A DNA stretch of 64,000 bases, taken from positions 185,448 to 249,447 of the forward strand of contig JBPOGH010000005.1 of NCBI GenBank assembly GCA_051252135.1, read 5' to 3'. The stretch comes from Verrucomicrobiaceae bacterium. GTDB lineage: Bacteria; Verrucomicrobiota; Verrucomicrobiia; Verrucomicrobiales; Akkermansiaceae. The notes beneath the pieces are model-generated. The model did no database searches, was not told where the DNA came from, and saw only the letters and a list, made by a program, of their open reading frames with translations. The position numbers and the translations under genes are program-made. This document shows positions 1-8,428 of this stretch, one piece after another (position 1 is the stretch's first letter; every line of letters begins with the position of its first letter).

Positions 1-686
1 TAAACCCCCACCCTCTCATCCTCGGAAGTCACCGCAAATCTCTTCCCGTCCGGCGATCGCACAATCGTATAAACATCCCCAAATTTCTTCTTAATCGTAT
101 CAACACACTTCCCCGTCGCCACCTCCCACCGCTTCACCTTCCCGTCCTCCGATCCCGAAATCACAAAGTCCCCCGTCCCATCAAAAACCACCGTGTAGAC
201 ATCCTTGGTATGCCCCTCAAAATCCCGGAGCATCTTCCCCGTCCCGATCTCCCACAGCTTGATCAACCCCTTACTGTCCCCCACCACCATCCACTTCCCG
301 TTCGGATGAACGTCGACCCGATAGGCCGTCTCCTCATGCTTGTAGCTCATCAACTCCTTCCCCGTCTCCAGATCATAACGCACCACATGACCACCCCCGC
401 CTGCCGCCACAATCTCCTTCTCCCCCGGTAGCACCGCCACCCCCCACACATCGTAAGCCGCATCCTTGGAATACCGCTGCAACTCCTCACCACTCTCCAG
501 ATTCCAAAGCCGTGTCGTCCCGTCCCTCGACGTGCTCAGCACCCGCTCACCGTCACTCAACACCCGAATCTCCGATAAACTCCCCGCATGCAAAAAGCCC
601 GCCTTCCCCAGCTGCGCCATCGGCATCAACACCTCCTCCGCTCCCGCCTGTAGCACCATCGCAAAAATAACCCCAAAGATCCTCAT
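1..686 (-). CDS. Secreted WD40-repeat protein (3' end runs off the window)
   Basis: Manual translation from ATG at 686: MRIFGVIFAMVLQAGA... then STSRDGTTRLWNLESG, VGDSKGLIKLWEIGTG, FEGHTKDVYTVVFD..ISGSEDGKVKRWE (GH...W repeats). Not in the ORF track because it is truncated. Confidence 0.85.
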   Translation of the reverse strand, partial: MRIFGVIFAMVLQAGAEEVLMPMAQLGKAGFLHAGSLSEIRVLSDGERVLSTSRDGTTRLWNLESGEELQRYSKDAAYDVWGVAVLPGEKEIVAAGGGGHVVRYDLETGKELMSYKHEETAYRVDVHPNGKWMVVGDSKGLIKLWEIGTGKMLRDFEGHTKDVYTVVFDGTGDFVISGSEDGKVKRWEVATGKCVDTIKKKFGDVYTIVRSPDGKRFAVTSEDERVGV

Positions 687-789
687 CCCCTATTCCTTAC
701 TTGTTCAAATGCGGTGGCACCAGCCTTCATTATCCGGGCAAATTACTCCCTGACTTGCACCCTCACCAAAATCCCTCCATCTTCCTCCA

Positions 790-2427
790 ATGAAGCACTT
801 GTTTCTCGCCTGCCTCCTTCCCGGCCTCTCCCTCGCCGATGCCAAACTCCCCGCCGACGAGCACTTCCGGGTCGATGAAATCGCCACCGGCTTTGTCGAC
901 GCCATGGAAATCACCGTCGCCCCCCAGGGATACGTCTTCGTGATCGAGCGCACCGGAGCAGTCAAAGTGGTCAATCCCGACTCCGGAGAAATTAAAGAAA
1001 TCGCCCAACTCGATGTCGAAGTCCGCGAAAAGGAACACGCCCGTGAGTGCGGCCTCCTCGGCATCACCCTTGATCCCGCCTTCGCCACCAACAAATGGCT
1101 CTATCTCTACTACTCCCCTACCGGGAAAGCCGCCCACAACCTCTCCCGCTTCACCTTCACCGGCTCCGCCCTCACCGATGAAAAAGTCCTCCTCACCGTC
1201 AAACAGGACCCCGAAAACGGTACCTGCCACGAGGGAGGCTCCCTCACCTTCGGCCCCGACGGCTGCCTCTTCCTCTCCACCGGAGACAACACCTGCCCCT
1301 TCAAGTCCGATGGCTCCGCACCCATCGACGAGCGCGACGAACGCAAATGGTACGACGCCCAACGCTCCGCCGCCAACACCAACGACCTCCGCGGAAAAAT
1401 CCTGCGCATCAAACCCACCCCCGATGGCTCCTACACCATCCCCGAAGGAAACCTCTTCCCCCCCGGCACCGACAAAACCCTCCCCGAAATCTACGTCATG
1501 GGCTGCCGGAATCCCTACCGCATCTCAGTCGACCAAAAAAATGGCATCCTCTACTGGGGAAAAGTCGGCCCCGATGCCGGTAAGGACTCCAAACGCGGCC
1601 CCCGTGGATACGATGAAATCAACCAGGCCCGCCAGGCCGGTAACTTCGGCTGGCCCTACTTCAGCGGCGATAACAAACCCTACACCGACTACGATTTCGA
1701 AACTAAGAAACTCGGAAAACCCTTCAACCCCCAAGCACCCGTAAACGACTCCCCCAACAACACCGGCCTCCGCAAACTCCCACCCGCACAACCCGCCTTC
1801 TGGTTCTACCCCCGCGCCTCCGCCTGCGCCGGACCCGTCTTCTACAAAGACCAATATCCCGACTCCCCCACCAAACTCCCCGACTCCTTCGACTCCTCCC
1901 TCATCGTCTATGACTGGACCAGCAACTGGATCCGCGTCATCAGACTCGATGAAAAAGGCGACATTGTTTCCAACGAACCCTGGCTCTCAAAATTCCGCTT
2001 CGTCCACCTCGGCGACATGGAAATGAGCCCCAAGGGCGAACTCTACATCCTCGAATACGGCTCCGCCTGGTATGATGGTAACGACGGCAAACTCAAGCGT
2101 GTCACCTACTCCGCCGAGCCCCAACCCATCGAGGTCCCCGCCAACGACCCCCGCATGGTCGGCCTCCCCGAGGGCCATCCCGGCTCCGCCATGATCGGCG
2201 GCTCCACCTGCCTCGCCTGCCACATGACCAAGGACAAATCCATCGGACCCTCCTACAAGGACGTCGCCAAAAAATACAAAGACGACCCCAAGGCCATCCC
2301 CACCCTCGCTGAAAAAATCCTCTCCGGCGGAGTCGGTGTCTGGGGCCAACAACCGATGCCTCCCCACCCCCAGCACAACATCGAGGAAACCCAGCAAATG
2401 GTCGAAGCCATCCTCCAGGTGAAGTGA
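790..2427 (+). CDS. PQQ-dependent sugar dehydrogenase-like (GSDH beta-propeller) protein with C-terminal cytochrome c
   Basis: Signal peptide; GLLGITLDP, HEGGSLTFGPDG, GKILRI, GCRNPYR, GNFGWP motifs; C-terminal CLACH...GPS...MPPH class I cytochrome c. Confidence 0.85.
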   Translation: MKHLFLACLLPGLSLADAKLPADEHFRVDEIATGFVDAMEITVAPQGYVFVIERTGAVKVVNPDSGEIKEIAQLDVEVREKEHARECGLLGITLDPAFATNKWLYLYYSPTGKAAHNLSRFTFTGSALTDEKVLLTVKQDPENGTCHEGGSLTFGPDGCLFLSTGDNTCPFKSDGSAPIDERDERKWYDAQRSAANTNDLRGKILRIKPTPDGSYTIPEGNLFPPGTDKTLPEIYVMGCRNPYRISVDQKNGILYWGKVGPDAGKDSKRGPRGYDEINQARQAGNFGWPYFSGDNKPYTDYDFETKKLGKPFNPQAPVNDSPNNTGLRKLPPAQPAFWFYPRASACAGPVFYKDQYPDSPTKLPDSFDSSLIVYDWTSNWIRVIRLDEKGDIVSNEPWLSKFRFVHLGDMEMSPKGELYILEYGSAWYDGNDGKLKRVTYSAEPQPIEVPANDPRMVGLPEGHPGSAMIGGSTCLACHMTKDKSIGPSYKDVAKKYKDDPKAIPTLAEKILSGGVGVWGQQPMPPHPQHNIEETQQMVEAILQVK

Positions 2428-2428
2428 C

Positions 2429-3265
2429 CTACCACCTCAGCTTCTTCCGCAGCGTCTCGTAAAACGAGTGCCCCGGCAGCCTCACCAAATTGAGACACTG
2501 CGGATGCTTCGTCACCCGCACCATACTCCCCTTCTCAATCCGTAAAATATCGCGACCATCAACCGAAAACAAAATCGGTTCCTCGGTCCGTCCCGTTGGC
2601 AGCAACTCGATCACCGAGTCCTCACTCAACACCAGCGAACGGTTGCTCAAACTGTGAGGACAAATCGGCGTGATCACGAACACCCCGGACCTCGGCCCGA
2701 TGAGAGGCCCCCCCGCCGCTAACGAGTAAGCTGTCGATCCCGTCGGCGTCGCCACCAGCAATCCATCCGCATTGTATTCGTTCAACAACTCGCCATCCAC
2801 CCGCGCCTCCAGCGAGACCAGTCGTCCGGTCTCACCACGCATCAGGACCGCTTCGTTCAGCGCAATAAATTCGTGTTTTCCCCCACCCTCCTCCGTCATC
2901 TCAACCTTCAGCATCGTCCGCTCCACCAGCTGAATCTTTCCATCGGCTATCGCGTCACTCAACAAGTCCACTTCCTCATCCGTGCACGCCGTCAAAAATC
3001 CCAGCGTCCCGATATTCACCCCCGCAATCGGAATCGCCGTCGGCGCAATCCGGTGCAGCGTCTCCAAAAGAGTCCCGTCCCCCCCCAGCGAAATAACAAG
3101 ATCCGCTCCCTTCTCAAAATCATCCGCTCCCGCCTCTCCAATCAACCCCGCCGTCTCGCTTTCCAGCACCACCTCGATCCCCCGTTTCCGCAGGCTATCC
3201 CGCACACGCATTACCGCCATCGGCGCATCAGGCTTCTTGGGATGGGCAACAATCGCAACGAGCAC
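2429..3265 (-). CDS. nadK: NAD+ kinase
   Basis: LGGDGT, GVNIGTLGFL, LNE and ADGLLVATPTGSTAYSLAAGGP motifs. Confidence 0.95.
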   Translation of the reverse strand: MLVAIVAHPKKPDAPMAVMRVRDSLRKRGIEVVLESETAGLIGEAGADDFEKGADLVISLGGDGTLLETLHRIAPTAIPIAGVNIGTLGFLTACTDEEVDLLSDAIADGKIQLVERTMLKVEMTEEGGGKHEFIALNEAVLMRGETGRLVSLEARVDGELLNEYNADGLLVATPTGSTAYSLAAGGPLIGPRSGVFVITPICPHSLSNRSLVLSEDSVIELLPTGRTEEPILFSVDGRDILRIEKGSMVRVTKHPQCLNLVRLPGHSFYETLRKKLRW

Positions 3266-3309
3266 AAAGAACTGTTAGCATTTCCCCCCCCACGCGGCAA
3301 GCGGCCCGA

Positions 3310-3338
3310 TTGACAACCCCTCCTCCAACCCACAAGTT
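3310..3338 (+). promoter_or_regulatory. Sigma70-like promoter of moeB, probably leaderless
   Basis: TTGACA (3310-15), 17 nt, CAAGTT (3333-38), 6 nt, ATG 3345; no Shine-Dalgarno. Confidence 0.5.
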
Positions 3339-3344
3339 CTCCCC

Positions 3345-4460
3345 ATGCCGCTCACTTCGGAGGAAGACGCCCGCTACTCCCGCCAGACCATTCTCCCCGA
3401 GATCGGTCCCGCCGGACAGGAACGTCTCCAAAACGCCTCCATCCTCTGCATTGGCACCGGAGGCCTCGGCTCACCCGCCGTCACCTACCTCGCCGCCGCC
3501 GGAGTCGGCCACATCGGACTCATCGATCCCGACCTCGTCGACCTCACCAACCTCCACCGCCAGATCCTTCACGATACCGCCCACGTCGGCACCCCAAAGC
3601 TCACCAGCGCCCGCGCTCGCATCAACGCCCTCAACCCCCACGTCAAAATCACAGAGCACCCCGGCAAGTTCACCGCCGCCAACAGCCTCGACCTCCTCAA
3701 GGACTACGACCTCCTCCTCGATGGCTCCGATAACTTCCCCACCCGCTTCGCCGCAAACGACGCCGCCGTCCTCTCTAAAAAACCCCTCATCCACGGAGCC
3801 ATCCATCAATTCGAAGGACAAGTCACCGTCTTCGCCCCCCACCTCGGCGGCCCCTGCTACCGCTGCCTCCTCCCCGAACCTCCCCCGCCCGGCACCGTCC
3901 CCACCTGAGCCGAAGCCGGCGTCCTGGGCGTGCTCCCGGGAATCATTGGTTCACTTCAGGCCATGGAGGCCATCAAACTCCTCCTCCACCTCGGCTCCCC
4001 TCCCCTCGGACGCCTCATCCACTACCGCGCCCTCGACACCTCCTTCCGCGAACTTAAAATCAAACCCGACCCCGCCTGCCCGCTCTGCGGAACCAACCCC
4101 ACCATCACCGCCCCCGTGGCCTACTCAGACACCTGCGATATGAATAACGACGGACTCCCCGAAATCTCCACCCAAGAACTCCGCAACATCCTTGCCAATG
4201 GCTTCGATGGCATCCTCCTCGATGTCCGCGAGCAAGACGAATTCTTCATGGCCCACATCGAGGGCAGCCAACTCCTCCCCCTCTCCGGATGGCCCGCCGT
4301 CGCCGCCAACCTCCCCAAGGACACCAAATACTACGTCCACTGCGCCAAAGGCATGCGCAGCGCCCGCGCCGGCATGTGGATGCTCCAAAACGGCTTCACC
4401 GATGTCACCAACGTCGCCGGCGGCATGGACGCCTGGCTCCAGGACGAGGCCGCCCTCTAA
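3345..4460 (+). CDS. moeB: MoeB/ThiF (E1-like) adenylyltransferase-rhodanese fusion (MoeZ/MOCS3-like), predicted selenoprotein with UGA-Sec at codon 188
   Basis: ORFs 3345-3908 and 3930-4460 are one frame joined across TGA 3906-3908: RYSRQ, GTGGLGS, NLHRQ, DGSDNF, CYRC, PPPPGTVPT*AEAGVLGVLPGIIG, CPLC, then rhodanese DVRE and HCAKGMRS. The TGA sits at the conserved (S/T)C(A/V)E(A/G)G Cys. Confidence 0.88.
3922..3941 (+). promoter_or_regulatory. Candidate bacterial SECIS hairpin of moeB
   Basis: TCCTGGG-CGTGCT-CCCGGGA: 7-bp stem with one G-U pair, loop contains GU, 20 nt between the UGA and the loop. Confidence 0.6.
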
Positions 4461-6259
4461 ACCTCCGCCGCATTCTGCTGCCGCGTGATATCATTTAAGG
4501 TAATCACCCCCACCAGCCTCCTCGGGTCCACCGCGCTCACCACCGGAGCCTGCTGATAATCATTCTCGATCAATCGATTCGCCGCATCCCGAATCGACAC
4601 ATCAGGCGTAAAGGTCATCAGCACCTGCTCGTCCACAATCTCCGCAATCTTCGTCTCCGGGGTCGACACCTGAAGCTCCCCCCGCGTCACCAGTCCGCAA
4701 AGCCCCCCGTCTTCCGCCACCACCGGATAAGAATGCTTCTGCAAATTACGGCGCCGTAACTCCGTCCGCGTCTGACTCACATTCGCCTCCAGCGGAATCG
4801 TCTCCACATCATGGGTCATGATCGCCGCAATCGGCAGCTGCGCGTAATCCTGCCCGCCCCGATAACTCGGCATCCGCTTCAAGGAAATCCCGTCCTGCAT
4901 CAGCAGCGCATCGTAAATCGGCGTCCGCTGCAGCCGCGTCGCAATCCCCCACGCCAGCAAATTCCCCCCCATGATCGGCAGAATCAGCGAATAATTCCCC
5001 GTCATCTCAAAGATCATGATCAGGGACGTCAGCGGATTCCTGATCACCGCCCCAAAAAGAGCCCCCATCCCCAACAACACACATCCCCCGATCACCTCCT
5101 GATCACCCGGATATCCCGGAATCGGCACCGCCCCATTCAAAGCCGCCATCCCAAACCCCATCATCCCCCCAATCATCCCGCCCAAAAATAAGGTCGGCGA
5201 AAACAAACCGCCCGACCCTCCCGTCGCATAGTTCACCACCACCGCCAATCCCTTCAACACGAACAGCACCGCCAGTATCCCAATCGCCAGCTTCGCCTCA
5301 AAGGCCAGCTCCAGACTGTCATAACCCACCGAAAACACATCGTGCGACGCCTCCCCCAGCAAGCCCGTAAAATACCACCCCGCCAACCCAAGACACCCCA
5401 TCGCCAATCCCCCCGCCGCCGGACGAATCCACACCGGAACCGCCTCCCTCTCCCTCACCCACCCGCGCAACCCCACAATCGACGCCGTAAATGCCGTCCC
5501 AAACAACCCCGCCACCAAGCCCAACGGCAACGCCACCAACATCCAAAGCGACGTATGGTAATCCGGCGACAGGTGCGTATTCACGATCGGATTCTCTCCC
5601 AATATCATCCGCGACGTCGCCGCCGCAATCACCACCGCCACCGCAATCCCCCCCAACGCCTTCATCGAAAACCCATCCATCAACTCCTCAAAAACAAACA
5701 TGATCGCCGCAATCGGCGCATTAAATGCCGCCGCCACACCTCCCGCCACCCCCACCGGCACCAACGCCTGCTGCCGCTGCCGGTCCCGAAACCCCCAACG
5801 CCCGATCCGCGAGCCAATCGCCGCCGACACATGCACCGTCGGCCCCTCCCGCCCCAAACTGTTTCCCAGTCCCACATACAGCGTTCCCAAAACAAACCGC
5901 CAAAAACCATCCCGCGCCGAAATCTTCCCCCCATTGTTGAAATACGCCGCCTTCGTCTGCGGAATCCCGCTTCCCGCCGAGTTCGGCGAAAGATACTTCA
6001 CCCCCAACCCCACCGCCAACCCTCCCAACGTCGGCGCCAACAACATCACCGCAACAAACCCTCCCGGATTCATCCTCTCCGCCAAACGCCACACCTGGTC
6101 AAAAAGACCATGAATCGCAAAGTGAAAAGCCACCGCCACCAACCCGCACAACAACCCGCACACCACGCAAAACACCATGAACCGCTGACCCACATCCAGC
6201 CGCGCCCGCAAGCGGTCGGCCAAGGTGCGGGAACGGGATCGGAGCGACATGGGAAACAA
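4457..6259 (-). CDS. ClC-family chloride channel/H+ antiporter with C-terminal CBS pair
   Basis: GSGIP, GREGP, GGLFSP, FNAP motifs; CBS domains at the C-terminus. Confidence 0.93.
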   Translation of the reverse strand: MFPMSLRSRSRTLADRLRARLDVGQRFMVFCVVCGLLCGLVAVAFHFAIHGLFDQVWRLAERMNPGGFVAVMLLAPTLGGLAVGLGVKYLSPNSAGSGIPQTKAAYFNNGGKISARDGFWRFVLGTLYVGLGNSLGREGPTVHVSAAIGSRIGRWGFRDRQRQQALVPVGVAGGVAAAFNAPIAAIMFVFEELMDGFSMKALGGIAVAVVIAAATSRMILGENPIVNTHLSPDYHTSLWMLVALPLGLVAGLFGTAFTASIVGLRGWVREREAVPVWIRPAAGGLAMGCLGLAGWYFTGLLGEASHDVFSVGYDSLELAFEAKLAIGILAVLFVLKGLAVVVNYATGGSGGLFSPTLFLGGMIGGMMGFGMAALNGAVPIPGYPGDQEVIGGCVLLGMGALFGAVIRNPLTSLIMIFEMTGNYSLILPIMGGNLLAWGIATRLQRTPIYDALLMQDGISLKRMPSYRGGQDYAQLPIAAIMTHDVETIPLEANVSQTRTELRRRNLQKHSYPVVAEDGGLCGLVTRGELQVSTPETKIAEIVDEQVLMTFTPDVSIRDAANRLIENDYQQAPVVSAVDPRRLVGVITLNDITRQQNAAEV

Positions 6260-6304
6260 CCCGCTCCCCTTGCGCCCTTATCGCATCATATTCAAGCCCG
6301 TAAC

Positions 6305-6337
6305 AAAAAACGACCGCTCCTTTTCAGGAACGGTCGT
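6305..6337 (-). terminator. Rho-independent terminator after rplQ
   Basis: ACGACCG..CGGTCGT inverted repeat followed by a T run on the minus strand. Confidence 0.75.
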
Positions 6338-6368
6338 CTTTAAATCTAAATGAAATGACAGAAGGATT

Positions 6369-6776
6369 CTACTCCTCGCCTGCCTCTTCAATATCCTCGA
6401 TACCGGGATCAGCAAGGTTCTCAAGGTCGACCCACTCGATGAATGCCATCTGGGCGGAGTCGGTCATGCGGGCACCCAGCTTGGTGATCCGGGTGTAACC
6501 ACCGGGGCGATCACCTACTGCGGGAGCCACTTCGCCAAAGAGGCGGCTCACTGCATCCTTCTGACGAAGGAAACGGAAGGCCGTCCGGCGGGAGTGAACA
6601 GTGTCCTCCTTGGCAAGAGTCACAAGCTTCTCCACAATGGGGCGGATCGCTTTTGCCTTGGCAAGAGTGGTGCGGATACGGCCGTGCTGAATGATTGCAC
6701 ATGCCTGATTGGCCAGGAGGGCGGAACGGTGTCCGTCACGGCGCTGGAGTCTGACGGTTTTCTTACGATGTCTCAT
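6369..6776 (-). CDS. rplQ: 50S ribosomal protein L17
   Basis: MRHRK, IRTTLAKAK, RPGGYTRI motifs; directly follows rpoA. Confidence 0.98.
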   Translation of the reverse strand: MRHRKKTVRLQRRDGHRSALLANQACAIIQHGRIRTTLAKAKAIRPIVEKLVTLAKEDTVHSRRTAFRFLRQKDAVSRLFGEVAPAVGDRPGGYTRITKLGARMTDSAQMAFIEWVDLENLADPGIEDIEEAGEE

Positions 6777-6808
6777 CGGTCTAAGTTCTTTCTGATGTAA
6801 GAGGTGGT

Positions 6809-7930
6809 TTACTGGTCGAGGTTCTGGGCGATCAAATCAGCCAGTCCCACAGGGGCCTCTTCTTCGACACCGAGACGTGGTGCCATTGGGGCACCGAGAG
6901 CGGCTCCGGAGAGGAGAGATGGATCAAGGTTCATGCCCAGTCCAAGTCCAAGCTCATGAAGCTTGTCCTTGATCTCGTTAAGCGACTTCTTACCGAAGTT
7001 ACGATACTTGAGCATTTCAGCCTCGGTCTTAAGCGCAAGCTGTCCGACAGAGGTGATATTGGCATTGTTGAGGCAGTTCGCGGCACGAACAGAAAGTTCG
7101 ATCTCGTTCACGCTCATGTTGAGAAGCTTCTTGAGAGCGGCATTCTCTTCGGACTGCTCGGCTGGAGCTTCCTCAAACTCCACTGCGTTGTCGTCGTAAT
7201 TGACGAACACGTCGAGGTGATGACGAAGAATTGCCGAAGCCTGAAGAAGTGCGTCGTGTGGCTCAATGCGACCGTCCGTCCAGATGTCGAGGACAAGCTG
7301 GTCGTAGTCAGTGATCTGACCCACGCGAGTCGCTCCCACCGAATACTTAACACGGGAAACAGGCGAAAAGATCGAGTCGATCGCGATCACTCCGATCGGA
7401 GCACCGTCACGCTTGTTCTCATCACCCGTCTTGAATCCACGTCCGACCTGGACTTCAAATTCACAGTCAAACTTGATCTTCTTATCGAGGGTGCAGATCA
7501 CTTGATCCTTGTTCACCACTTCGTAGTTGTTGTCTTCCTCAATGTCACCGGCGGTGACCACACCGGCCTTATTCAGGCTGATGGAAAGAACACGGGGCTC
7601 CTTCGAGTGAGCCTTGAACTTGATCTTCTTAAGGTTCAGCACGATGTCGGTGACATCTTCGACCACTCCGGGGAGGGTGGCGAATTCGTGCTGCACTCCG
7701 GCAATACGCACGGAAGTGATCGCAGCTCCTTCCAAAGAGGAAAGGAGGACGCGACGGAGAGAGTTACCGATCGTGTGACCATATCCCTGTTCAAAGGGCT
7801 CGGCAGTGAAGCGAGCATAGGTCTCGGTTGCGGTGTCCTCGTCTTTGACAAGGCGATTCGGGAGCTCGAAGCGGTTAAGCTTAACGGCGTTTGTTTCTTC
7901 TAGCTGATTCTCAGCGTTTTCTTCTGACAT
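6809..7930 (-). CDS. rpoA: RNA polymerase alpha subunit
   Basis: EPFEQGYGHTIGNSLRRVLLSS, LSVRAANCL, NFGKKSLNEI. Confidence 0.99.
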   Translation of the reverse strand: MSEENAENQLEETNAVKLNRFELPNRLVKDEDTATETYARFTAEPFEQGYGHTIGNSLRRVLLSSLEGAAITSVRIAGVQHEFATLPGVVEDVTDIVLNLKKIKFKAHSKEPRVLSISLNKAGVVTAGDIEEDNNYEVVNKDQVICTLDKKIKFDCEFEVQVGRGFKTGDENKRDGAPIGVIAIDSIFSPVSRVKYSVGATRVGQITDYDQLVLDIWTDGRIEPHDALLQASAILRHHLDVFVNYDDNAVEFEEAPAEQSEENAALKKLLNMSVNEIELSVRAANCLNNANITSVGQLALKTEAEMLKYRNFGKKSLNEIKDKLHELGLGLGMNLDPSLLSGAALGAPMAPRLGVEEEAPVGLADLIAQNLDQ

Positions 7931-8163
7931 TTCTGTAAGTAGGTTGACCGGGTTACCCTCTGGCGAGTTTCAGGAAATCAGGGAAATCCTGCAGAGGACC
8001 AACGGTCGTTGGAATTTCTCGCGGGGCGGGAAAGAATCAGCTTTGAAGGGCTTAAGCAATGCTTTTTTCTCTGCAAATTAAGGAAATTTCCGCACCCATT
8101 GCCGATTTTGGATGAAAATAGCGAAACCTGCGCTACTGGTAACATGTTAGCCGTTAGATCATA

Positions 8164-8424
8164 ATGAAGTCCCGCAAAAACCTCACTCGCTTTACCTACG
8201 AGAACGCCGCCTTCGAAGGCTGGCGGCTTTGCCTCAGCCGCGCCGGCACCACCTTTACCAGATATTTCTCCGATAAAGCCTACGGCGGCCCCCGCAAATC
8301 CCTCACCGCCGCAGAAAGCGCCAAAGAAGCCTTGGTCAAACTGGTTGATAATTCCCGCCGCGTTAATGGAAAGCTCAGCAAGACGACCATTCAGAAGGGA
8401 CAGAAGCTTCTCGACGACGCCTGA
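8164..8424 (+). CDS. Small basic protein, AP2-like DNA-binding domain
   Basis: GWRLCLSRAGTTFTRYFSDKAYGGPRKSLTAA resembles the AP2 pattern W...K.FS.K.YG...A..AA; stop codon lies 4 nt before the photolyase start. Confidence 0.6.
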   Translation: MKSRKNLTRFTYENAAFEGWRLCLSRAGTTFTRYFSDKAYGGPRKSLTAAESAKEALVKLVDNSRRVNGKLSKTTIQKGQKLLDDA

Positions 8425-8428
8425 TCCC

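Noticed and set aside
3345..4460. moeB as a nonsense pseudogene or two separate genes
   Set aside because: The stop lies exactly on the conserved Cys, all motifs on both sides are intact and in frame, a hairpin follows, and selD shows the same pattern.
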